From assembly GCF_018977255.1 (NCBI RefSeq), contig NW_024704742.1, forward strand, positions 33,420,001 through 33,484,000: a stretch of 64,000 bases of DNA, read 5' to 3'. The notes beneath the pieces were generated by a model that saw only the letters and a list, made by a program, of their open reading frames with translations, ran no database searches and had not been told where the DNA came from. This DNA comes from Callorhinchus milii (Eukaryota). The position numbers and the translations under genes are program-made. Shown here piece after piece: positions 25,826 through 39,158 of this stretch. How positions within the stretch are numbered: position 1 is the first letter of the stretch; every line of letters starts with the position of its first letter.

Positions 25826-28800
25826 AAAAGTTGGAGTAATGGAGGTGGCCAATTGGGATCAGACCAAGTTGATAGTTATACATTTCCAACTTCTTTGACT
25901 ACAAAATATAGTCCCTTCACTTTACAGTCAATCCCGTGAAGCCTTTTGAGACATCTTCCTAACGTGAAAGGCACTATACCAAACATAAAGATTATTATTG
26001 TTATTGTTATTATTGTTTGGGGCATATTCTACTATGATTGAGGTTTGGACATTGTTGATTATATTGATCATGGTGGATGGATGTGAAGTGCTTCTCTTGT
26101 ACATCACCTGACCAGCAGACCTCAACTCTGTGGTCTTCTGTTAGAGAAGAGTTCTTGTGAATTGAGGTGACTAGACTCGGTTTCCTACACAAGAAACACT
26201 TTATGTCCCCAAGGAGCTTTTTCCCACGTAAGGTACCATTTACACTGTGGTTTTCCCATTTGAGCACTTTTTCAAACCAATGAAAGCAATAGGAATGGCA
26301 TCAAACATATTTAAATGTCACAACTCCACAGAGAAAAAGTTTACATTGCTTTTAGTTCTTCCTTCCAGCTCTCCATTTAATTGCATTATTATTAGAATCT
26401 AAAGATAAGCATTATTAAAGGGCTTTTGAATGCAATGATTACGAGAGAAGTTCCATTTTAAGCAGCAAATGTCAATGCAAATTCTTTAAACCTCAGTGGT
26501 GTGCAGTTTACTGTTCCTTGATTTCTGTGACCTGAGTTCAAACCCAATGCAGGCGAATGGGAGAAAGTTTCTGACTCCTTTGAATACCCTAACTGAAATG
26601 AATGTAGGCAAGATCAAATCTAATCCAATTGAATCAATGGGCAGTGGGTGTGTGGGTGGGGGAGAGGGGGAGATGTGACGTGTGATAGAATCACTGGTAT
26701 AATTATCACGTCGCACTTTATAACTCAAAACTGCTCAAAATTCAAGGCTAACTGGCAGCTTCGCTCATGAAGAGAGAACAGTACAGATCACACATTAGCT
26801 ATTAATTCGAATAATTATTTTGAGATTGAGGTAATTTAAAGGTGAGTTGTATTCAATATCTAGCCCATGCTACACTTGGGAATTCAGCAATTGGAAACAA
26901 ATGTCACTCTCCAATGTCTGATATCACTCACCAAGAACCATATGAAGAAATGTACTGGGTGTATGAGATCTAATGCCGTTATTCTGATCAAATGCTGCTT
27001 TTCTGTAGGAGAAAGTAATCTATACTACGTGAAGGCAGTGGGGGCTTCTTTATGTGCCAATATCTTTTGCAAACATTTCTTGATTGCAAGCAATTGATTT
27101 TCTCTGCAAACTGCTGAATTAGCCAGACACAAAGCAAGCTGAAATGGTGCTCACTTCCAGCCAACTCTGAAACTTCCCAATCTTTAATTTTTTTTAGGTT
27201 TTGCCATAGTGCGGCAGTACGGAAAAGCAAGACAAATGACAATGGAAAGTAATTCTCGTCAGTCTTTGACTTCAATCTTTGACTCTACTGTGTCCCTAAT
27301 AGGGTCCTGCCAGCTGTGTTACAAAGAGCAGAGCAAATTAGTCCTGAATATTAAGAGCAGCAAAGACTGTAATAGGTAACCATTTATCACATTCCAAATG
27401 AAAACGTTCTCCTCAAGTAGCTCTGTACAACGTAGCTGGAATACATCTAGTTAAACGATATAAACACCCATATCTTATTTGTCTTATCTTTCCTAAATGT
27501 TGGTAAACTAGCCAAGCTCTGTCTCATACCCATCATTTGTTCAGTCATCTGTCTTTGATGATGATAATAATAATCCTCACTTTTGGTACCTTACCTTTCA
27601 CATCGGGGAGATGTCTCCGGCGCCTTGGAATGTTCTCCCGATGTGAAATGCTCTATACAAATGTAATTTGTGATTGGTGTTGTTGTCTCAAAACGCTTCA
27701 CAGGATAGTATGTAAAGTTGAGCAACTGTGTGTTTTGTAGGCAGACATGGCAGCCGATATCCACGGCAATGAAGCTTTTTGAGACTTCTTGAAGACGTGA
27801 TAAAGCACTATATCAAATGCAAGGATTATTATTATTATTACTATTATTATAGCCATGAGGTAACTGACCAATAATTGGGGCTAATTTGCAATATTCACAA
27901 AATATATTACTCAGATAGTATATATCTGTATGGGCTCCAACTAAACACAAGTCTCAGTTTTTACCTCCAGTTTGTAGACAAAAGAGACTCCTGGTTTCTG
28001 ACAGATCGTCATCTGGTTACCTGCCCCTTCCCTCCAGCTCAGCGTCATGCTCAGCCACTGTCAAGAGCTCTGGGTTTGCTGCTGTTGTTGTTTGTGGAAC
28101 ATTACTGTGCGCAATTGAGCAGCCCTGTTCACCTGCAAATGCAGTCATTCCATTTCACAGTAAAACGCTGTGAAATGCTTTGGGATGTCCTCCCAACATG
28201 AAGTGCGCTATACCAAAGACAAAGGTTATCATTAATGTGAAACGTGATGAAGGATTTGTAATTTTGAAATAATCACTCAGAGAATGTAGTTATAGTCGAT
28301 TACCTGGAAATAATATTGGCCAGAATATGGTATATCTATTATATTAATGTTCTCTCCAAAGCAGTTAATGGTTGTCCTCAAGCAAATAGATAGGTCTTAA
28401 TCAGGTCCAATACACAGCAACTGGCTATGTTTTGGACCAGATTATGACCTATCTGTAAGACCTAAGACTGAGGATTCCTTCCACTAAAAAGAGTACATCA
28501 CACACATCACAGTTAACTCACAGAAAATCTCTTTTCTGAAAGTAGATTGTGTCAGAGGGAGTTCCCATAACATGCTTGAATGTACTTCCAGATTCTTTAG
28601 TAATAGAATTTATTACTCTTCCCAAAGCACACAAACTACATTAGTATTAGAATACAGACAAGGCCTCTGAACTAAATCCCACCATATCCCACCTCTCATC
28701 CTTCAGGTAGTATAATGTGCATCGGATGCAAAGCAGAGGAGAAGGGAAAGAGGGAAGATGACAACTCTAATTCCCGTTGTACACAAACGTCAGCATATAG

Positions 28801-29764
28801 CTAACAAAAACTGCAAATTTTGCAATTAGATTGTTGACCAATTGGTTAACTGATGTTAACTGGATCTGTACGCAAATCATGACTTATAATTGACTGTAAA
28901 GAACCGCAAGATGCTCTGTTGTGAAAATAATTTCCAAGGGATTGCCTTTTGGGCCACATTAATGTGCAATTATTGTCTTTGGGGCCACATTAACCTGTTC
29001 AACTTCCACACTCTCTCAACTTTGTCAGCATTCATTATCCTAAATGATGGAGATTTTAAAAATATTTTTAAGAAGATTGCCTGGTCTTGTCTGTGGTTTC
29101 TTGTTTGTGAAACATGTTTGCACTGTCCTCATATGATCCAGAAGTACATAAAGGACCACTGGAGCATTAATGGTGAACATGGTGAAGGTCACTAGGTACT
29201 GTTTTTATTATATAATTAACCTAGAGAGAGCAAGAGATTCTGGTTTAGAGCTGGATTTTGAAATGGGAGGTGGGGGAGGGAGAGAAAGAGGGTGACAGTG
29301 ATCCTGAGCCAAATCACATAATACAGAAAGGACACTTCAGGTGTGGCCAATTGTGAGCCAATTTTACTGCCATCAAACAAAGAACCCTTCTACTGAATTA
29401 TACTTTTTTATGGATGAAAACTGCATGCTATAAAACACAAGGCTTTTGTCCGAACGACTCTGGTTGGTGCTTGGTACAGAATTGTCAAAGGAAGTCCTTC
29501 AGTGAAATGTAACAGAATTTTAATGTGCAGCCTTCCATAGAATCACACGCTCCAACCAGCAGCATTGGACTCAAAATAGATTTCTCCCCCCACCCACCCT
29601 TTGCTGTTCTGCAGACAAATAGCAGCAAAGGTTTTATTAACTTTGTCAGAATAAAACACCAACATCCGCTCTTGGCAATTCTGAAGTCGTTTACATTTCA
29701 AACAAATTTGAAAAATACGTGTAATTCAAAGCTTTACCAGGCTTTCTTAATTTTAAATACATCC

Positions 29765-29912
29765 ATGACAGACACACACATACACACATCACATGCACAC
29801 ACACACACATAAAAGTTGCACACCAAAAATATCACACAAATAATAAAAATGAAAAAACATGTATGCAAGTATACACACATGCATGTACATCCAGTTACAC
29901 ACATGCATGCAC
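29765..29912. repeat. Imperfect (CA)n low-complexity region
   Basis: acacacacatacacacatcacatgcacacacacacacat and similar runs. Confidence 0.8.
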
Positions 29913-30284
29913 AGATGTACAAGGTTTTCCAAGAGGCTGCACACAATATGACTCACATTGAAACAGTTGTGCAGTATAACTGAAGGAACAAATGTATCAC
30001 CATATATCATCAAACAGAGAAAAGACTGGTATCTAGACCTCAGCTGACACTCAGTTTGTGCATTACATAATAGTAAAAATGTTACTTTGAAAAGATAACA
30101 GGGTAAAAAATGTTGACTTGTGGTATGCCAACCATAATGAAATCTGCAAAAATAACCGGCTGAGCCAATTGTTTAGCTGGTAAAGCCACTCTGCATTATG
30201 AAACTGACCAAACAGGCCAGGGCGAAGCCACAGAAATTTACAGCACAGAAGAAGATCATTTGGCAATCCCATTTACCTGCATTT

Positions 30285-30575
30285 TCCCCCATAGTCTTAC
30301 AAATTATTCCTTTTTAAATATCTATCTTGTTCCTTTTGAAATCCATCCTCCAAGCCGGGCATTCCACATCCAAACAATTCACTGTGTAAAAAAAATTCCT
30401 GCTAATCTTACCCTTTGCTCTCTTACAAATTATTTTAAATTGTTGTCTACTAATCACTGACTCACCAATCAGTGAATATAATTTCTCTTATCTACACTAT
30501 CAAAACCTCAAGCAGGTCTCCCGTTAGCCTTCTCTATTCCAGTGAAAACAGCCCAGTTCCTCTTGTTTCTGGTCA
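30285..30575 (-). mobile_element. Old CR1 3' fragment
   Basis: gcattccacatccaaacaattcactgtgtaaaaaaaattcc..ctcttatctacactatcaaaacc..ccttctctattccagtgaaaaca, antisense to CR1 ORF2 end motifs (FSLE, WN). Confidence 0.7.
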
Positions 30576-30639
30576 TAACATCAAAGCCAGACTGACTCAT
30601 CAGCAGGACCTGGAAGGACCAACCAGTCCCTGGGGGTAG

Positions 30640-31145
30640 GGAGTCAACCCACTCAGCTCGTGTTAACCTTGTAAGCCAAAGCCCTAACGGCTAGCTGGAC
30701 AAGCAGCGGGAAAGCTTGCTAGACAGCGATATCAATGGCAAGCTTAGCTGGTCACACTCCAGCAGCATACTCTGGGGCTCCAAGCCTTGTCTCTTGCCAA
30801 CCTGTGCCTAATAATTAATTATCAGATAAGAATTTGGGGAGGACAAGTTTGCAGGGCTATGGGAAGAGAGCATTGATTTGGGTAGCCCTTTTAAAAGAGC
30901 CAGCACAGATACGATGGCCCGAATGGCCTCCTTCTGTGCTGTATAATTCTATGATTCTAATACTTTCCGGAATTAGGTAAGCAGGATACGTCCCTCCAGG
31001 GAGAGGGCGCGCATTCCATTCCAACAATCTATCTCTGGGATTTCCATGCGTAGGTGGGATGCATGGAAATCTCAGTTTGGTTTGCATACTCTTAAGCATG
31101 GTGATGAGATTCTGCATGTGTCAGAGACCCATCTGACCCCCAAAT
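30640..31145 (+). mobile_element. Unnamed dispersed repeat (family X), longest copy, interrupted by a CR1 tail at about 30845-30960
   Basis: Segments recur at 34274-34590 (-), 36622-36698 (-), 55655-55792 (-), 44234-44360 (+), 15805-15887 (+) and 59915-60055 (+). Confidence 0.75.
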
Positions 31146-32393
31146 ATAGGATCCCATTGGCTTTATCTCATCTTCCTTTGTCCACTTGTCTTCCCACATT
31201 TAAAAGATTTATGTGTGTTAACCCTGGGTGTCTCTGTTCTCACCCTCCATGGGCCAGAGGTGCTGAGGTCAATTGTAGTGTACCAACACTGCCTGGAATA
31301 ATTCTGCACAGATTGGGAATCATGTGTAAGATCTTCTAGGCTCTTTGACTCAATGCTATATTGGATTGTACCTTAATTGTGTCCTCCAACATAAAACCTT
31401 CGATACTGTATAAAAGATTAGTAACTACTAGAGTAACACATGTTTGAGCAGTGTTCTTATGGCATTTTATGTGCTCTCAATTATTTAACTATGTTCTGGC
31501 TAATTTTATATTCATGGAGTGTTGCTGTGGTCTGCTTCCCCTCACCCACACATACACACACACACATCACTGCAGACCCAAAAATAACAAGACAGACTCT
31601 GATCAGCTCCTGAGTAGACTTGAGTGACACCAATGTTCAGTCTTCCCCATGCTAAGAGGCTTACAGATGACAGCGCTGACAAGCCCATCTATACAAGCAG
31701 TGTCATTCATTTTCTCTACCAGCGGGATTACAACCAGACCACAGATATCTCTGGTCCACTGAGATCCATCTATTTTCAGTTACTTTAATACGAACTTCAG
31801 AAGGATAAATGTTGTGGAGCTTTAGGATACATTGTTGAAGTGAATGTACCAAATTACAACAGAATGACGGCTGAACACACAACCTTTTAACTCAGACGAA
31901 AGTGCTACCGAACCTTACCATTTTAGCTCATATCTTCAATCACTAACTCTGAAGTAAAATGGGTAAATGTGATCAAAAAGCATAAAATAAACAATAATAA
32001 AATAGTGGCAAGCTAAATGGCCTAATCTTGTTCCCAAGTTAACATCATTACGCCCCCAGTATTTTTCATGTGGATCTACATTACCTGACAGGAGAGAGAT
32101 ATATGACACCAATAGTGCTTTTCATGTACCATAGAGTTTTAACATGTTAACTCCCATAGAAAGTGGTACAATCATAATAAAGCCAGATCAGCTGACAAGA
32201 AAAGGCAGCTCTGTGTAAAATCAAACACTGTTTCCCAGGGGGAGGTACTGTTACTGCATTATTTATAAGAGAGCATTTCTAAGCAGAATCATAAGGGAAT
32301 TAAAATGCTGGGTTTTAAAATTGATTTTTAATTAACTTTATGCAGCATTCTGCATGAAAAGGCACATTGTATTATTACATTGAACTCTTAACA

Positions 32394-32790
32394 CAAGAAT
32401 ATAAGAACATAAGAAATGCTAGACGAAAAAAGACCAAAATTCATTTAGTTCGCCTTCCACCTTCCTGACGGTCGCATGCACATATGTCCCGAACTACCTA
32501 TGTACTGTATCCCATAATGTTATTTCCAAAAAGAAAACTATCTAATCTGTGTTTGAAAGAAGCAACACTTCCTGCTTCAACCGTCTCCCTAGGGAGCCTG
32601 TTCCATAGGTTCACTAATCACTCACTGAAATAGTGTTTGCGTAGATTCATTCTGAATTTACCCCTCTTCAATCGCAGGTCGTGTCCTCTGGTTTTACTAC
32701 TCTGGACAAGTTGAAACAGCCTATCATGATCTATATTGTCTTGCCCCTTTAGAATCTTAAAGACAGCAATCTTCAAATAAATTGCTTCCT
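32394..32790 (-). mobile_element. CR1 LINE 3' fragment
   Basis: VFKILKGQDNIDHDRLFQLVQSSKTRGHDLRLKRGKFRMNLRKHYFSE*LVNLWNRLP, with a terminal (TTCTTATG)n-like microsatellite at 32394-32415. Confidence 0.9.
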
Positions 32791-34273
32791 TACTGTATTC
32801 AACAATGCAAAACGTTAAACACAAGCTTAGAAATTACTAGTGCTCAGGCCCTGAGCAGTGTGTGTGGCCCAAAGGAGGGATGTAGTGCAAACTGTCCTGA
32901 ATGGTGTGGCAATAGCATCATGACCTTATTATTGATCTGGTGCATTCATAAGGGATTCAATGAAAAGGGGAAAGCTAATTAACTGTTCTGTTTCCATACT
33001 TATTGAAAGAGAGACAATGAACCTGCATGGTGCTTTCTCAGACCTGTCATTGGAGGGGCTGCACGGTTTAATGAAAACTCTCTTCCATGACAATGTGAAA
33101 GACCCACCACAGCCTGCCTTCTGAATGGCACCAACTAGGATTTCATCAACAGCCCTGAATAGACCTTTCCTTCCTCCTTCCCGCACCTCCCTGTGTACAG
33201 ATATATTTTTTTGGTCAATGGGTGTTTGCACACATGAAAAACCATCACTATGAGGTGCACATGCTCTCTCTCCTGGAGGGACACACCCTGGGTGCCTAAA
33301 CACAGAGAATTTAGGTGCACTTTGGCAAGAGTGTGTACTGGGGTACCTGTGAAGCTTTTAAAATCACCGAGTTTGCTACTGTGAAAATTGGCAAAAGTCC
33401 CATTGCTCGTTCAGCTAAGACCACCCTATCCATTATGGCTTTGCCTTGCAGGATTAACAGGAACTGAGTGAAAAGAATACCAGCCCCCAGTGCCTGGTCT
33501 GCTCCTCCAATTGCTGCTGACAATCAATTTCAATTCTTCATTGCCAGGCATGCCATCTTGGGAGCAACTCATACCCAAAGAAAACCGGTTTACTTCGCTC
33601 CCAAGGAGGATAGTCAGTAGTTAGTTATTAGACATCTGAGAAGCATAGGTATCCTTGCTAGGCAGAATGTAGGTACTGGTATCTCCTTGGGAGTCATAGG
33701 ATGAGAAGTACAACTCAATGAAAGTATGAAGCAGCATGATTTCAGTAACAGGGATCTGCAGTAGACTGTGCCTTAGATAACCTTTAGTGCTTTGGTATTG
33801 CTCAATGATGGGGTTTGATTATCAATATCGTTCAGCATGACACAAATGTTCTCAGGGTGATTTCCCTTCCCTCACCCGCTCCACACATCTGATTATTGGG
33901 CTTTCCACCTTGCACTGAGTAACAGCGTTAGAGTGCGACTGCTAGCTTTTAAAGTCACTTCAGGCCAAGATGAGCCATGTGCCAATCCAACAGTAAAAAG
34001 ATAAAAAGTTGCTATTTTTAAATGTGGCACAAGGAAACATTTCACTGGCACATCAGCATTCAATGCTGTTAACCTGTTGTAGGTAATGGAGGCAGATAGA
34101 GAAAGCCCTGCTGCTAAACCAACACGCAAAATCATTCAAATTGTTCGCCCCATTGTTAATATTTTCTTCCCCACTGGCAAGTGATAGAGGTAAGAGGGAT
34201 AAAAATTCCCCTTTTCATTTGAAAACAAGTGAAATAAATTTTGTGTGCTTTTTACAACGCAACATTCTGGATA

Positions 34274-34590
34274 TTTTGGGGGCCAGCTGGTTGTCTGACA
34301 CATGCAGAAACCCATCACCCTGCTCAAGAGTATCCAAACTAAACTGAGCTCCATGCATCCCACTTACACATGGAAATTCCCAAGGTGTTTATTAAAATGA
34401 AATCCACACTCTCTCCCTGGAGACACAAATACTCTTACCTAATTCCAGAGAGTATTTGGTGCAGGTTGGCAAGAGCCAATGCTTGGGGACCCCAGAATAT
34501 TCTTTGGGGTACTGCTGGAGAATAAGCAGCTAAAACCACATAGCTTGCTGTTGAAAGATATTCTGGCTATTGAGCTTCCGGTGTATAACT
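34274..34590 (-). mobile_element. Family X repeat copy
   Basis: Reverse complement is collinear with 30720-30810 joined to 30960-31145. Confidence 0.75.
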
Positions 34591-35271
34591 TAAAAACAGA
34601 ATATGCTAGAAATTCACAACAGCTCAACCAGCATCCAAAAGGAGAAATGTATGTTAACATTTTGAGGGAGAATTCATGGTCTGCCTGGTGTCTGTCACAT
34701 ATGGTAACACAACACAAGTTGAAGAGTATGGCCCTTTGCCAGAAGTTGAACCTGAAAGGTTAACCTATCCACTGAGGTACAGTTCCACAGGCATCAGTCA
34801 TTGGTATCTTACCCGAGTGTGTCAGCCTGGCTCTGTTGTAAGCACTCTTGCTCCGAGTCGGAAGATTGTGGGCTAAACCCCACAGGAAATACTTGAAAGT
34901 ACATAGTCTAGGATGACACTGTATTGTAGTTTTCAAGAGAGAAGTAGACAGGCATATGAAAAAGAGGGGCTTGAAGGATAATGTAGTTAGGCAGAGGGTG
35001 GCATCTCCTTGCTCTGTGAGCCAATTTGAACTCAATGGGCCAAATGGCCTCCTTCTGCATTGCAGATTACTATATTTTTAACCCAAGCCTTCAGTAGCTA
35101 TGCTGTTAATCTCTAGAATTCCCTTCCTCTATCCCTCTGTTGCCTCCTCTCAATCTGTCTTTAAAACCTATCGCTTTAACCACATCTTGTCACCATCTCC
35201 TTTCCCCCTCCCCTCCTCCCCATTCTGCCTTGCTCAGCATCCGACCTACTAAAACAATTATAAATAAATAA

Positions 35272-35595
35272 TAATTTGGTCACTCAATCCACGACTGTTT
35301 GTGGGACACTGCTGCATGCAATTGGCTGCTGTGTTTCGCCCACAAAACATACAGTAAATTCATTGTACAGTATATTCTGTGAAGCGCTTTGAGACATCTC
35401 GAAGACGTGATAAGGTGTTATATTAAATGCATACAATACAAAATAACATTTGTATAGCGCCTTGACAAGTTGACAGGACATCCCAGAGTGTTAGACAGTC
35501 AGGGATCTGGACCCGAGCATGGGGGCGTGGGATCAGGAAGGATGAGGGGCAGAGGGGCAGCAGGGCGGCCGAAGGCACGGTCGAAGAGGGTCTGC
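35272..35595. mobile_element. Family A SINE 3' half (+) tail-to-tail with an L2 3' end (-)
   Basis: SINE at 35272-35432. L2 tail at 35440-35592 (cagtcagggatctggacccgagcatgggg..gaaggcacggtcgaagaggg). Confidence 0.8.
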
Positions 35596-37461
35596 AATCC
35601 TTCAATAATAATGCAGGAAAATGTTTATTATTATTACTATTTGTTAAGCATTATGCTATGTGAAAGGCACTGTATAAATAAATGCATATTGTTGTTAATT
35701 TTCCTTTTACTTGTGTCAACTGTTAATTGTTGTGTCACAACTGCTTTCACAGCTAAGATCAGCTAACTCTGCACAGACGGGAATTCAAACCTGCAACCTT
35801 CAAAATTGTAATAGCTCAGGACTATGCTAGACAGCTGTTTTTCCCACTGGGCCAGATTTGGGGAGCTCTTCCTCAGGCTTCAATGAACAGAGTTCAGAGC
35901 AGGTGTTGCATTTCACAAATGGTCTGCTCTATAAAATTGATTTCCTGAAGCAACTCAGATTTCATTTGCTATTTCCCTTCAAAGCTCAATCATGTAAAAT
36001 ATGTAACAAGGCTTAGCTATCTCTTTGTCGTGACCTTCACTCCCCTCATGTAATTTTAATTCCTTCCTTAATGTCTTTCAATATTTCAACACATACCAAT
36101 GGTCCATTCCTGCCTTAAATGGTTACTCAGCACGTAAGTACAGTACTTCCAAGTTACTGAGGTGACATATCAATGTTTATCGATGCCTGCAGAGTCATGT
36201 GTATGTATAGTTTCATAGCACACAGGTATTCAAAAACAACCCAGAAAGAAATCACGTAGAGTGATGAGCAATCATCAGAGGAAATATCTTCTAAAAGTTA
36301 TCATCATAATTAAGGGCACTTTTAAGAATCAAAATTGACTGTTGCACTTGCTACAAATACACAATCATTCCACTTTACAGTAAATCCTGTGATGCTCTTT
36401 AAGATGTCCTCTGACATGAAAGGTGATATACCAAATGCAAGGATTATTATCATTATTAATAACATTAATTTGCAGGAGCTTCAGCGACACTGTGCATGTC
36501 AATACAGCAGCTCCCTCACAATGGCACCCTCAGTAACACTTTCTTGGCCATTTCTTTTTTAAAACATAAACAAAAATCTGTCTCTGAACATAAAGCAGTT
36601 TGATTTTTGAAAAGCATAAGCTTTTTTGGGGGTCAGCTGGATGTCTTGACACAAGCGGAAAACCATCATCATGCTTAAGAGTATCCAAATCAGAAGGTGC
36701 CGTCCTCCCATGTTGCGTCTGCTCTCGTGGTGGCGCCCCCAGTGGAGTCACCTACTGTACTCTCATTTCCCCGCTCTTTGCTCTTGCCATTTAATGTTAT
36801 TTTCCTCACATATTTATCCAAATCCCATTTAAAGGCTTTCATGGACTCCCTTCAACAGCCCAGTCACAGTAAAGCATTCCACTCTGCAGCAAGAAAATAT
36901 TCCAAAGTAGTACATCATGCAGATTATGCTGGTGTTGATGTCAGGTCTGAATGTCAGTTCCGAGCTTTCAAATTGGAAGGCACCATAGCTGGACAACAGA
37001 TCACTTGGTCACAGGATTAGAAACTGATCCTGTAGGTGAGAACCCAGTGTATAATAATATCCCATTGTACAATAATATCCCATTGTACTCCTAGCACCCT
37101 TCTACCGAAGACAAAATGTATGAGTAGTCACCTCCCTATTAGAAAAATGGCAAAGGAATACATACCTTCAGAAATATCAGTATTTCTGATGCTGATCAGA
37201 AATCAGTTCCCTGCTCTCTGTTATACCCAAATTAATGACTGAGTATCTAAAAATTGAATTTCAAAGAAGTGAATTTTTGTAAAACAAATTATTTCACCTT
37301 TCTCCTCCAAAGTCACACAAAATACCTTTAGCGTCATTGAAGCATAGAAAATGTTACCACACTTTCATTGTAAAACTAGACCAGTCAATTAGTTATTTTC
37401 CTCTATATTGGTGTCATGTCCAACAATCCCCTAGATAAAATTGGACATCCATGTTATGGCT

Positions 37462-37738
37462 GTCTGTGGGACATAGCTGTGCACAAATTGGTTGTCATGT
37501 TCCCCTACAAATACAATCACTGCACTTCACAATAAAATCCTGTGAAACACTTTGAGATGTCTTGACGATGTGATAAGCAACTATATCAAAATGCAAGGAT
37601 TATTATAATTAACTCCCCTGAGAGAACAATAATAATTCTTGCATTTGATATGGTGCTTTATCACGTCTTTGAGACATCTCAAAGGGCTTCACAGAATATG
37701 CTGTAAGGTGCAGCGACTGTTTATTTTGTGGGTGAATG
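37462..37738. mobile_element. Inverted tail-to-tail pair of Deu-type SINE 3' halves
   Basis: A plus copy ends ..tgcaaggattattat at about 37607. A minus copy begins aataataattcttgca at about 37628. Confidence 0.85.
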
Positions 37739-38826
37739 CTACAATACAACTTGTTGGACCACTGTTACTGGGTAGGAATTGGCTCATTGGCCAATCTTCC
37801 TGTGAGAACCATTAAGGGTCAGTAGACCATTCAACTCTGGGGCAAGTTCAAGCCTTTCTTCCCTCAACATCCACACACAAGCAGAGCACTGTGTAATAGA
37901 TATCACTCGATAGCAATTGGGATAGGAAATCTGCCAGATTTTTCCGTTCTTTGGCCTGAGTCCAATTGCAAGCTCCCACCAGCTCTACAGATATTTGCAC
38001 TGAGCTAGAACAGCGCTAATTTCTTGCTAAAAGGGATATTCAAGAATGTAAGTTATGTTGAATATACAAGACTATTAGTTAAGTTCAGAAATTATTCTAT
38101 GACTATATGCCTCTGCACTTCCCCTGGAGGGCAATAAATGAACCTATTGACTCGATTGTGGTAAATCAATGGATGGCAATGCAGAATGTTTGAAAGTGGA
38201 TCACTGACCACTGCAGCTCAGCCAGTGCTGTGCCTTCATGACTGAGAGTGACAAGTGTTGATTCTTTAATTTTATCATTAAGCGATAGAGCCATTTCTCA
38301 TTTATTCTGACAGCAGTTTAAAAGATTAAAGAAACACAGCATTAAAGAGAAGTATAATTCAGTCTCCATTGCTGGCAAAAAAAATCCAATTCCATTTCAG
38401 AAACTAAACCCATCAAACATACCCCTCTGCTACTTTCATTTTCTTTTAAATGATCCCCACAAGCTTCTGCAGTCATATTCTTTTGGTTGTTCGAATTTGG
38501 TTGCTTAGATAATGCAAATCTTTACCCTTTAATCCTGTAGGATTTGAGAACACAGTTGCAAATATTGCCAGTGCCTCAAGCTATATTGTATTACTGGTTG
38601 AACAGAGCTTGAGTGGAGGGAAGTTGGGGCAGAGAGAGGATTCTAATCCTAGAATCACAGACCTTTGAAACCCCACTGTGGGATTGTGGGAGCCGTTCAG
38701 AGATATTGCAGAATTCGTCGTAAAATTGCCCAGCATCACTTGGCATTGCTCCAATTTAGAAAACTTTGATGTTTTAAACAGTATCCCCTTAAAATGCATG
38801 CAAATGTTTGTTTTGGAAACTACATA

Positions 38827-39158
38827 GTGGAGTCCTGTAGCTCTGTAGTTACAGCACTCGCCTCGCAAGCGAGAGCCTTGGGTTTGATTCCCAGCAGTTT
38901 CCTTACTCCACATGCCTCTGTTTACCCAGCAGTAAGTGGGAACCTGGTTGTTAGTCGAATGGTGGATCACTTTTCCGGGGGTAATAATTCCTTCAAAAAA
39001 ATAATAAACTGGTCACTTCAATCTACCACTATTTGTGCCGCATTTCGCCCACAAAATATATTGTCAATTAACTTTTTATATTCTGTGAAGCCCTTTGAGA
39101 CATCTCAAAGACGTGATAAGGCACTTTTTTCAAATGCAAGGATTATTATTATTATAAT
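38827..39158 (+). mobile_element. Family A SINE, near full length
   Basis: GTGGAGTCCTGTAGCTC head, GGTTTGATTCC box, and tail gtgataaggcac..caaatgcaagg(att)n. Confidence 0.9.

Noticed and set aside
37051..37089. Short direct repeat (aataatatcccattgtac twice) as CRISPR-like
   Set aside because: A simple two-copy tandem duplication with no spacers, in eukaryotic DNA.
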